From contig CAVQUB010000002.1 of assembly GCA_963716725.1 (NCBI GenBank), positions 32,001-96,000 of the forward strand: 64,000 nucleotides of DNA, written 5' to 3'. Origin of the DNA: an uncultured delta proteobacterium (GTDB taxonomy: Bacteria > Myxococcota_A > Polyangia > Polyangiales > Polyangiaceae). The position numbers and the translations under genes were made by a program. This document shows positions 51,553-61,023 of the stretch, piece by piece (within the stretch, counting starts at the first letter, position 1; each line of letters begins with the position of its first letter). Under the pieces are notes generated by a model that saw only the letters and a program-made list of their open reading frames with translations, was not told where the DNA came from and ran no database searches.

Positions 51553-54383
51553 ATGGAACTCCTCGAACGCCGCGTCTACCGTGGCCCCAGCCTCTACGCC
51601 CACTTCCCGGTTGTTCGACTGACGGTCGATCTGGGCGCGCTCGAAGACTGGCCGAGCGGAAAGATCCCAGGCTTCAGCCAGCGGCTCGTGGCCGCCATGC
51701 CATCGCTGCACACCCACACCTGCTCCGTCGGCTCTGCAGGCGGCTTCGTCCGGCGCCTCACCGAAGACGGAGGCACCTGGCTCGGTCACGTTCTGGAGCA
51801 CGTCGCCCTCGAGCTGCAACAGCTCACGGGCGCCAACGTCGTGTTCGGCAAGACCCGGGGCGAAGGCACGCCGGGCCGGTACCACGTCGTCTACGAATAC
51901 GAAGAGGAGCGCGTCGCTGAGGCAGCGGGAGAGCTCGCTCTGCGGCTCTTGCACCACCTGCTGCCGCCAGAACTCCGTCCCGCTCACCTGGGCGAACCGG
52001 ACCCCGCGGAGCCGGCCTTCGATTTCGAGAAGGAGCTCGTGGAGCTCATCGATTTCGCGCAGCGGCGCCAGCTCGGCCCGTCCACCGGCGCCCTGGTGCG
52101 GGCGGCGGAGGCCCGCGACATCCCCTGGATGCGCCTCAACGACTTCAGCCTGGTCCAGTTCGGCCACGGCAAGTACCAGAAGCGGATCCAGGCCACCGTC
52201 ACCAGCGAGACCCGCCACATCGCCGTCGCTATCGCCTCGGACAAGGAAGAAACGAATCGCATCCTCGGGGATCTCGGCCTGCCCGTCCCGCGCCAGCACC
52301 TGGTGCGAAGCGCGGAGGCGGCCGTCCGCGCGGCAACGCGCCTCGGCTTTCCCGTCGTGGTCAAGCCGCTCGACGCCAACCACGGGCGGGGCGTGTCACT
52401 CGATCTGAAGACCGAGGCCGAGGTGCAGCTCGCCTTCGAAAAGGCGAGGCAGCATGCCCGCAGCGTGGTCGTGGAGAGCTTCCTCGCTGGCTTCGACCAT
52501 CGCATGCTGGTGGTGAACGGCGAGCTGGTGGCCGTGGCCAAGCGCGTGCCCGGTCACGTCGTCGGCGATGGTGAGCACACCATCGCGGAGCTGGTCGAGA
52601 TCGTGAATTCCGATCCGAGGCGAGGCATCGGGCACGAAAAGGTCCTCACCCGGATCGAGCTCGACCCCCAGGGCGAGCGCTTGATGACTGCCAAAGGTGC
52701 CACCCGCGACACCGTGCTGCCGGCAGGCGAGATCTTCTTCCTCCGCGGCACGGGCAACCTCTCCACGGGGGGCACTGCCATCGACCTCACTGACGTCGTT
52801 CACCCCGACAACCGCGAGATGGCCGTGCGCGCCGCCAAGGCCATTGGCCTCGACGTGTGTGGCGTCGATTTCATCACCTCCGACGTCAGTCAAAGCCATC
52901 GGGAGGTCGGCGGAGGCATCTGCGAGGTCAACGCGGCGCCCGGGTTCCGCATGCACGTGGCCCCCACCGAGGGCACGGCGCGCGACGTCGCCGAGCCCCG
53001 TCATGGACATGCTCTTCCCGCCGGGAACGCCGTCGAGGATCCCCATCGCCGCGGTCACCGGGACCAACGGCAAGACGACGACGGCGCGGATGCTCGCGCA
53101 CATCCAGAAGATGAACGGGCACACGGTCGGCCTGTCGACCACCGACGGCGTCTACATCGACGGCGAGCGCACCGTCGCCGGCGACATGACCGGGCCGCAC
53201 TCGGCGCAGATGGTCCTGCGCGATCCCTCGGTCGATCTGGCGGTCCTCGAGACCGCGCGCGGTGGACTGCTGCGCGCCGGCATGGGCTACCGGAGCTGCA
53301 ACGTGGGCGCGGTGCTGAACGTCACCGAAGACCACCTCGGCTCGAGGGGAGTCGACGACGCTCGAGCAGCTCGCTGAGGTCAAGCGCATCGTGGTCGAGG
53401 TCACGCGCGACTGCGCGGTGCTCAACGCCGATGACCGCCTCTGCCTGCGCATGGCCGATCACACCAATGCCGCGCGCATCGCCTACGTCACCATGAACCC
53501 TCGGCACGAGCTGGTCCGACAGCACCTGCGTGCCGGCGGGCTCGCGGCGGTGCTCGAAGAAGGCATCAATGGGCAGATGATCACGCTCTACGACAAGGGA
53601 GCGCACCTGCCGCTGCTCTGGACGCATCTGATCCCCGCGACCATCGAGGGCAAGGCGCTGCACAACGTTCAGAACGCGATGTTCGCAGCGGTCATGGCTC
53701 ACGCCATGGGTGTGAAGATCGAGAACATCCGCCAGGGTCTGCGCACCTTCGATACGTCCTACTACCAGGTCCCCGGTCGCACCAACGTCTTCGACGACCT
53801 GCCCTTCAAGGTGATCCTCGACTACGCACACAACCCGGCGGCGGTGCAGGTGATGGCCGATCTCGCCCTCAGGCTCGAGTGCAGTGGGCGACGAGTCTGC
53901 GTGCTCTCCGCGCCCGGCGACCGACGCGACGAGGACATCCGCGCCATCGCCGAGATCGCCGGTGGCGCCTTCGATCACATCATCCTCCGACGCGACGACG
54001 ACCTGCGCGGCAGGGCCCCCGACGAGGTCCCGTCCATGATGCGCGATCAGCTCCTCTCGTCAGGATTCGCCCCGGAGCGCATCGAGGTGATCCCGGACGA
54101 ACACGCCGCGATCGACGCCGCGCTCCGCTTCTGCAAACGCGGCGACCTGTTGGTCGCCTTCGCTGACATGATCTCGCGCAGCTGGAAGCAGGTCATCTAC
54201 TTCAAGGCCGATTCGCGCGAGAAATCCAGCCCGCCCTCGGCCCCCGGAGCCGAGGGTAGCGCCAGCGGCCCGGTGTTCGACACGCTCGCTCGCCACCCGA
54301 CGACGCCCACCGAGCTGCTCGAAGGCGCCCACGTGATCCAGGACGAGCGCGGAGTTCGCCTGGCGCGCGAGCAGGACGACTGA
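51553..54383 (+). CDS. cphA: Cyanophycin synthetase CphA1; apparent +1 frameshifts near 52996 and 53357
   Basis: N-domain HTCS...GTWLGHVLEH; LGPST; ATP-grasp VVKPLDANHGRGV, NLSTGG, EVNAAPG; Mur-ligase TGTNGKTT, ETARGG, EDHLG, PGR, DYAHN, PGDRRD. Three ORF pieces join to about 942 aa. Confidence 0.92.
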
Positions 54384-54395
54384 CCGGCGCCAGCC

Positions 54396-56104
54396 ATGCA
54401 GCTCGTCGATGCGCGCCGCCTGACCGGCCCGAATCTGCTCTCGCGATCGCCGCAGGTGCTCGTCGAACTCGCTTTCGACGTCGCGGACGACCTCCAGGCC
54501 GCCCTCGCAACCTACTCAACCGAGCTCGGGCGCATGAGGAAGGCGCTCGATCTGCCGGACTGCCCCGCTCTGAACGTCCGCGCTCACCTCGGCGGCGCTG
54601 TCATTGGCTACGACGCCGCCATCGACGTCATGCTCGCCTGCGCCGAGATGAGCGAGTGGGCCGCCCTCTCCGCCTGTGAGCTCGCGGCAGGGCGGATCGC
54701 GTTGCCCCTCGAGCCGAAGAGGCTCGAGATCGCTCAGCAGCTCGATCGCGATCGCAGCCCGCGCCTCTTGGCCTTGGACGCCGAGGCAGCGCGCCGCGGC
54801 ATCCCCCTGTTCTGGGACGACGAGGAGGTGAGCGTCGGCGCCGGCTCGCGCTCTGCGTGCTGGCCACGAGGGGCGCTGCCGATCGCAGCCGATGTGCACT
54901 GGCACAGCCTGGGCACGGTCCCCATCTCACTGGTCACCGGCACCAACGGAAAGACGACCTGCACGCGCCTCTTGGCGCGAATCGCCCGCGAGGCGGGCAT
55001 GCACGTTGGCAGCACCTCGAGCGACGAGATTGCGGTCGGCGGGGCGGTGATCGACACGGGCGACTGGACCGGACCCGCCGCCGCGCGCACCGTGCTGCGG
55101 CGAAAAGACATCGACTTTGCCGTGCTCGAGACGGCGCGCGGCGGGATCCTCCGGCGGGGGCTGGCCATCGCGGAGTGCGACGCCGCGTTGATCACCAACG
55201 TCAGCGACGATCATCTGGGCGGCTACGGCATCGATGATCTCGAAGCCATGATGCGTGTGAAGGCAGTCGCCGCCGAAGCGGTGCGTCCGTCTGGGACGGT
55301 GGTATTGAACGCCCACGACCCGAAGCTGGTCGCCCTCGCCGAGGGCTTGGGCCCACGCGTCGTCTTCTTCGCGGACCTCAGCCGCGAAGACCCGGAAGCC
55401 CGCGCCGTGATCGCGCGGCACCGCGCCAGCGGGGGGACTGCGTCCTCGCCGAGGGCGGACGGATCGTGGTGGCTTCGGGCGACACCCGCCGCAGCATCAC
55501 GGAGCTCGGTGCTGTGCCGATCACCTTCGGAGGTGCCGCCGGCTACAACGTCGAGAACGTCGCCGCGGCCGTGGCCATGGCTGGGGCGCTCGGGATCGGC
55601 GACGAAGCCATCGTCCGAGGTCTCACTTCCTTCAACCCTTCGGACAACCCGCGTCGCGGCGAGCTGCTGGAGCGCCGGGGCGTGCGTGTCTTGCTCGACT
55701 TCGGGCACAATCCGGACGGCATTCGAGCGGTGATGCGTTTGGTGCGCAGTCTGCGTGCAGACAGTCCCGGACGCCTGACCGTGATCGCAGGCGCCGCCGG
55801 CGATCGCACTGACCCCGACATCGAAGCGGTGGCGCGGGCGGTCCTCGACGCCGAGCCCGACCGCGTGCTCTTGCGCGATCTCCAGGGCTACCTCCGGGGC
55901 CGCGCGCCCGGCGAGGTGCCGCGACGCTTGGCGCACGCGCTGGCAGCCGGAGGCTACGCGAGCGCGGCCGTTGCGACCCTGGACTCCGAGGTGGCGGCGC
56001 TGCGCTCCGCCTTCGAGTCGGCTCAGCCCGGAGACTTCGTCGTCCTCCTCGCCTTCCTGGAGCAGGACGAGGTGCACGCTTTCCTCGGCGAGCTCGGCCC
56101 CTGA
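54396..56104 (+). CDS. CphA-like Mur-ligase-domain protein lacking the ATP-grasp domain; one base apparently missing near 55436
   Basis: The N-terminus RRLTGPNL parallels CphA. After AARRGIP it passes directly to VTGTNGKTT, LETARGGILRRG, NVSDDHLG, NVEN, LDFGHNP, AGDR and YLRGR. About 569 aa when joined. Confidence 0.8.
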
Positions 56105-56134
56105 GGGCCGCTGCCGCGCTCGGCGCGGCCGGGC

Positions 56135-57307
56135 TCAGTCTTTCTGCTCCGGCGCGGGTGGGGCAACGCCCGCGTCGCTCTGGGCCGCTGCACCCGCGTC
56201 CGCCGGCGCGCCGTCCGCGTCGGCCTCCGCCGCATCCGGCGCCCCGGCATCGGGCGCTGCCTCGGGCTTCTTGGGAGCGAAGGCCAGCTTCACGGCGTCG
56301 GCCAGATCACAGCTGTTGACCTGACGCTGTCGGGCAAACACCGTCTCTTCACGGGTCACGGGTTTGTTGCCGAGCGCGATGAAGCGAGCGTCGACGCGGC
56401 GCCGCACGCGAGCCACGAGCTGACCGCTTTGCAGTTCCCAGATCCCGACACGGGCGAAGTGCGGCAGCCGCTGGACGAGCTCAGCCTCGGTCTCGCCGGC
56501 GTCACTGCGCGGGAGACCATCCGCGGGATCCTCGTCGATCACGGTCACGAAGAAGCGCGCCCGGGTCAGGATCTCGACGGCGACCGGGACGTCTTCTTTG
56601 CTGACACGGTCGAGGTCGCGATCGTAGGCCGCGATGGCCAGCTCGCTCGTGCTCTCGTGCAGCTCGTCGGTCCATGCCGTCGAGAGCACGCGCAGCGTGC
56701 GGTAGGCCAGGCGCATGTTGTAAGGCTCTGGCGGTGGCGCGCAGATGTCCCACTCGTTGCACAGAAACCCGGGCTTGCAGTCCGCGGGCGACACGCACTT
56801 TTCGCCCTGAGTCGGATCGGGCACACCCTCGCGCTGAAAGAAGCACGAGGTGAACCCGTCGTGAAGCGATCGCAGCGATGCCTTGCGGACCGTGTTTTCG
56901 TCCTTGGTGTCGGGAACGCGCAGCCGCAGATACACGCCCGGCGCCCTTTGGACTTGGGAGAGCGAGGCGGACTCGGCGATGAACTCGCCGGCAAAGCCTC
57001 TGCCCAGCTCGGTCACCCAACCCTCAATCTTGTCGCGGAAAGGCAGGATCTTGGGCCCCAGCGACTGAGCGACGGCTCGCTGCTTGGCCATCACCGCGCC
57101 CTTCTTGCCTTCGACCTTGCCCTGCTCGACCTTGTAGAAGATGACGACGATGGCCGCGATGACCGCGCCGGCCCAAAGCCAGAACTGAGGCGGCAGCGAC
57201 CGCAGGCGCACCTTGCCGCCCACGATTGCGCGCCGCCGCTCGGCGCGGGCCTCCGTCAGCGACGGTAAGCCGCGATGGTGATCACGCTGATGCTTCTTGG
57301 CTGCCAT
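56135..57307 (-). CDS. Hypothetical bitopic membrane protein with Cys cluster
   Basis: Single TM FWLWAGAVIAAIVVIFY; CVSPADCKPGFLCNEWDIC; lies downstream of the aglS-like gene. Confidence 0.65.
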   Translation of the reverse strand: MAAKKHQRDHHRGLPSLTEARAERRRAIVGGKVRLRSLPPQFWLWAGAVIAAIVVIFYKVEQGKVEGKKGAVMAKQRAVAQSLGPKILPFRDKIEGWVTELGRGFAGEFIAESASLSQVQRAPGVYLRLRVPDTKDENTVRKASLRSLHDGFTSCFFQREGVPDPTQGEKCVSPADCKPGFLCNEWDICAPPPEPYNMRLAYRTLRVLSTAWTDELHESTSELAIAAYDRDLDRVSKEDVPVAVEILTRARFFVTVIDEDPADGLPRSDAGETEAELVQRLPHFARVGIWELQSGQLVARVRRRVDARFIALGNKPVTREETVFARQRQVNSCDLADAVKLAFAPKKPEAAPDAGAPDAAEADADGAPADAGAAAQSDAGVAPPAPEQKD

Positions 57308-57389
57308 GGAACGAATCGAGCGCCGAGGCGGCTGCCCCGGCGCTCTCTCGTCGTGCTGGACCGATCAAACTCCCGGCCCCGGCAGCGGC

Positions 57390-57977
57390 TCAGTGGCCGC
57401 CGCCCTCGCCGCCTGGACCACCCAAGCGACCCACCATGAAGCTGATGTTCGGGTATCCCGCGAAGGCCGCGGTCTGGAACACGCTCTTGACGACCAGCGC
57501 GGGAACCTTCTTGTCGACCTGCAGGACGGCGACGCCGGGGAACTCCTTGCCTGGGTTGATCTGCTTCCAGAGCTCGCGCTTGTTCTTGAGGATGTTGAAC
57601 AGCTCATCGATGCGCTGCAGGCGGTTGGCTTCCTCGATGGCACGAGTGTTACCCGCGGCCACTCCGTCGACCAGGATCTGCGTGCCGGTGATGGCCACCA
57701 TGGGCGCCTCGGCCATGTCGAGCACGTTCTCGGCCTTGGGCAGCTGCACGTTCTTGTCGATGGGCAACTCGCCCGTCGCCGAGAAGCTGGCCAGGAGGAA
57801 GAGCACGATGCAGAGGAGGAAGTCGATGAAGGGGATCAGCGGGATCTCGTGGTTGGCGGCGCGATGCCCGCCGCCGACCACCTTCTTGACCACGAAGTTG
57901 AGCGGGATGTGGTGCAGGAGGCGGCGCCCCGGCACGCTGATCGGCTGATGAAATCGGGAAAGAGGTTTTTCCGACAT
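57390..57977 (-). CDS. aglS: ExbD/TolR-family motor subunit, AglS-like
   Basis: TM with conserved Asp (IPFIDFLLCIVLFLLASFSATGE), VQLP; third gene of the TolQ-TolR-TolR operon. Confidence 0.72.
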   Translation of the reverse strand: MSEKPLSRFHQPISVPGRRLLHHIPLNFVVKKVVGGGHRAANHEIPLIPFIDFLLCIVLFLLASFSATGELPIDKNVQLPKAENVLDMAEAPMVAITGTQILVDGVAAGNTRAIEEANRLQRIDELFNILKNKRELWKQINPGKEFPGVAVLQVDKKVPALVVKSVFQTAAFAGYPNISFMVGRLGGPGGEGGGH

Positions 57978-57987
57978 CCTGGTTCGC

Positions 57988-58554
57988 TCAGTTCACCGCA
58001 AAGGTGACGTTGAAGGCTGGGATCTTCTTGCTGGCCCCGCCGGCGGGAGGCGTCCAATCACGCTGCGGCTTGTAGATCGCGTCGATGACCGCGATCACGT
58101 CGTGGAACTGCGTCGAGTTGTCCGTGTGCAGCACGGCTTGATCGACCTTCTGGTCAGTCGGGGCGCGGTGGCTGCCGTTGGCGGTCCACTCCTCGATGAT
58201 CTTCTTGGCGAGGTCGGGGTACTGCGTGTCTTCTCCCACCTTCACCGGCTTGCGCTCGACGTCGATGGTGTTGACCACGGTGCTGCCCTCTTTCCAGACG
58301 AGCTGGAACTTCCGTTCGCCGCGCATCTCGACGTGGAGTTGCTTTTCCTTCTGCTGCTTCTCGACCTCCTCGTCGGGCTTTGGCGGCCCCGGCACCCGGG
58401 CGTCCGCGTTGATTCGAGCCATCTGGGACCAGACAGCCGTCACCAACAAGAACGCGACGAGGCACAAGAGGAAGTCGATGAACGGGATCAGCGGGATCTC
58501 GTGATTGGTGGCTCGACCTTTTCCATGTCCGCCACCCGTATCGATACCAGCCAT
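57988..58554 (-). CDS. aglQ: ExbD/TolR-family motor subunit, AglQ-like
   Basis: MAGIDTGGG...IPFIDFLLCLVAFLLVTAVWSQMARI; VIAVID. Confidence 0.72.
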   Translation of the reverse strand: MAGIDTGGGHGKGRATNHEIPLIPFIDFLLCLVAFLLVTAVWSQMARINADARVPGPPKPDEEVEKQQKEKQLHVEMRGERKFQLVWKEGSTVVNTIDVERKPVKVGEDTQYPDLAKKIIEEWTANGSHRAPTDQKVDQAVLHTDNSTQFHDVIAVIDAIYKPQRDWTPPAGGASKKIPAFNVTFAVN

Positions 58555-58592
58555 TTCAGCTCCTTCGACTGAGAACAGAGATCACGAGAGCC

Positions 58593-58620
58593 CGGGGGAA
58601 GGCGACAGGCCCTTCCCCCG
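58593..58620 (-). other. Strong intercistronic hairpin between aglR and aglQ
   Basis: CGGGGGAAGG-N8-CCTTCCCCCG, a 10-bp perfect stem. Confidence 0.6.
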
Positions 58621-58635
58621 ACGCGCTCGAAACAA

Positions 58636-59295
58636 TCAGGCCGCTTGCTCCAAGCCCTGCAGGCTGACCTTCTGACGGTTCGCCACGACCAGGTTCAGCA
58701 CCTGGACCGACGCCTCGTTGATGTCGTCTTCGAGCCCTTGGGTCTTGCCGTTCAAGAAGGCGAAGCCGACGAGCGCGATGATGGCCGCCATCAGGCCGAA
58801 GGCCGTGCAGTTCATGGCTTCTGAGATGCCTTCTGCGAGAATGCGTGCCTTCTGGCTCGGATCGATCGATTCACCGCCGACGGCGCCGAACGCCTTGATC
58901 AGCCCGATGATGGTTCCGAACAAGCCGGAGAGCATCGCGAGGTTCGCGAACAGGGCCAGGTAGCCGGTGCGCCGGTTGATCTTCGGCATTTCTCGGAGTG
59001 CCGCCTCATCCATCGCGGCTTGCACTTCTTCGTCGGGCCGGTTCACCTTCACGAGACCGGACTGAACGATGCGCGCGAGCGGAGCGTTGGCCGCCGACGC
59101 CATCTTCACTGCCTTGGCGACGTCACCTGCCAGGATGCATTTCTGCATGGTGGCGAGGAACACCTCCTTGTTGATGGAGGCCCCGTACAGGTAGACGGCG
59201 CGCTCGGCGATGACGGTGATGCTGCAGATCAGCCAGAAGAGGATGATCCACATCGCCCATCCGCCGGCCTGGTAGTGGTGCCACATTTTCGACAT
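58636..59295 (-). CDS. aglR: MotA/TolQ/ExbB proton-channel protein, AglR-like
   Basis: ASINKE, EVQAAMDEAALRE, RTGYLA, GLFGTIIGLI, GISEAMNCTAFGL, DINEASVQVLNL; recalled as similar to myxobacterial AglR. Confidence 0.78.
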   Translation of the reverse strand: MSKMWHHYQAGGWAMWIILFWLICSITVIAERAVYLYGASINKEVFLATMQKCILAGDVAKAVKMASAANAPLARIVQSGLVKVNRPDEEVQAAMDEAALREMPKINRRTGYLALFANLAMLSGLFGTIIGLIKAFGAVGGESIDPSQKARILAEGISEAMNCTAFGLMAAIIALVGFAFLNGKTQGLEDDINEASVQVLNLVVANRQKVSLQGLEQAA

Positions 59296-59679
59296 TGCTG
59301 GTTTTACCTTCCCCTGTACTGTCGGGATTTTCCTGGTCGGTTGGTAACCCGCTCCGCAGATTCAACGGGGTCGGGACGCCACGGATCCGACGGCTTTGGG
59401 ACTCCTCCACGCGCCGGCCCGATTTTGGCCACGCCATCTTGCTGAAGCTGACCCGAAACAGTCAAGAGAGTTTGGGTGCACTGGCACGTTTCGCGCACCG
59501 GTAGAAAGTTGCAAGCCCCACGGATACCGCGGCGCGTCGTGAGGCGGCTCACTGAAGTCCTTCATCAAGTGGCCCGGCCGGCCCACCGCTCCCCCTCCCG
59601 GGCGCCGGGCCTGGGAGCCGCCCGCGAAAGTCTTCGGAACGTCAACAAAAACGCCTCCGCACCAGACTCGACCACGTGC

Positions 59680-59709
59680 TTGCACTCGCTTCTCGGCGGC
59701 GGCTATAGT
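59680..59709 (+). promoter_or_regulatory. Putative sigma70 promoter of the second tolQRR operon
   Basis: TTGCAC-N18-TATAGT, about 60 nt upstream of ATG 59769. Confidence 0.5.
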
Positions 59710-59768
59710 CGCGTCCGCTTCAGCGGGGCGGTGAACGCCCGTGTGAAGACGATTCAAGAGGTTCAGGA

Positions 59769-60443
59769 ATGCAACTCTTCGTTCTCGCAGCGTCAGGCGC
59801 CTCCAGCCAGTTGGTCGAGGCTTTCAAGCACAACCCGACTTTCATGGTCTTGAACCTCATCTGTTCGGCGATCGTGTTGACGATCGTCGTCGAGCGGTTC
59901 ATCTTCCAGATGACGCGGTACCGAGTGAACTCGAAGGAGTTCTTCGCCCAAGTGAAAAAGCTGGTCACGGCCGGCAACATCGACCGCGCCATCAAGCTGT
60001 GCGAGGCGAGCGACTTCCCGATTCTCCAGCTGGTGAAGTCGGGGCTCACGCAGGCCAACAAGAGCCCGGACGAAATCGACGCGGCGCTCAGCGAGAAGCT
60101 CTCGGAGCTGAAGCCGCAAGCGGAGAAGCGCATCGGCGCTCTGTGGTCGCTCGCGAACATCGCGACGCTGATCGGGCTGCTCGGAACGGTGAGCGGTCTG
60201 ATCGCGACCTTCGCGGCCATCGCCGCTCCGGGCCTCGCGCAGGCCGACAAGCAGCGGATGCTGTCCAACGGCATCGCTGAAGCCATGTACAACACGGCGC
60301 TCGGCCTCGGCATCGCCGTCTGCTGCATGATCACTCACATCATTTTGCACACACGGGCCAAGGCTATTCAGCACGACCTCGAGGCCACGATGGAGCGGAC
60401 GTTCAACCTGCTGACCATCCAACAGCGCCCCGGCCAGTACTGA
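59769..60443 (+). CDS. MotA/TolQ/ExbB proton-channel protein (second paralogue)
   Basis: IVVERF, ANIATLIGLLGTVSGLI, GIAEAMYNTALGLGIAV. Confidence 0.9.
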   Translation: MQLFVLAASGASSQLVEAFKHNPTFMVLNLICSAIVLTIVVERFIFQMTRYRVNSKEFFAQVKKLVTAGNIDRAIKLCEASDFPILQLVKSGLTQANKSPDEIDAALSEKLSELKPQAEKRIGALWSLANIATLIGLLGTVSGLIATFAAIAAPGLAQADKQRMLSNGIAEAMYNTALGLGIAVCCMITHIILHTRAKAIQHDLEATMERTFNLLTIQQRPGQY

Positions 60444-60459
60444 ATCGAGGCTTCGGCGA

Positions 60460-61023
60460 ATGGAAGCACCCGCCGTTCCGCTCACTGCCGCCCAGCGCGG
60501 CAGAATCCGCCGGCTGAGCCAGCCGCGGGAGCTCTCGCCCGACGAAGAGGGCGGTGAGCTCAACATCATCCCCTTCCTCGACATCATCATGAACGTGCTG
60601 ATCTTCGTGCTCGCGACCATCGCGGTCACGTTCACCGCGTCCATCGACACCACGCCGCCCGCTTCCCAGTCAGGCGGCGTGCGCAGCTCGGTCGAGAACA
60701 CAGCGCTCAACCTGACCATCTTCATCGTGAACGAGGGCTTCTCGCTCAAGGCGTCGGGCGGCAACATCGCGCCCGGCTGCGAAGGCGCGGGAGCCGGCAT
60801 CACGATCCCGAAGAAGGGCAACCTCTACGACTACGAGTTGTTGAACTCCTGCGCCGCGCGCCTCAAGAAGGCGTCGCCGGAGTTCGATGACGAGACGCAG
60901 GTCTTCATCACGGCGAACCCTGGCACCGAGTACCAGACCATCATTCAGGTTCTCGATGCCGTGCGCACGACCCCGCAAGGCGAGTCGCTGTTCACCGACG
61001 CCAACTTCAAGGTGCCGCGATGA
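60460..61023 (+). CDS. ExbD/TolR-family protein
   Basis: ELNIIPFLDIIMNVLIFVL; YQTIIQVLDAVR. Confidence 0.88.
   Translation: MEAPAVPLTAAQRGRIRRLSQPRELSPDEEGGELNIIPFLDIIMNVLIFVLATIAVTFTASIDTTPPASQSGGVRSSVENTALNLTIFIVNEGFSLKASGGNIAPGCEGAGAGITIPKKGNLYDYELLNSCAARLKKASPEFDDETQVFITANPGTEYQTIIQVLDAVRTTPQGESLFTDANFKVPR

Noticed and set aside
59426..59497. Sigma54-like sequences in the divergent motor intergenic region
   Set aside because: TGGCCACGCCATCTTGCT has GG-to-GC spacing 2 nt too long. TGGCACGTTTCGCGCA has correct spacing but lacks TT and is far from the start, so it is too weak to call.
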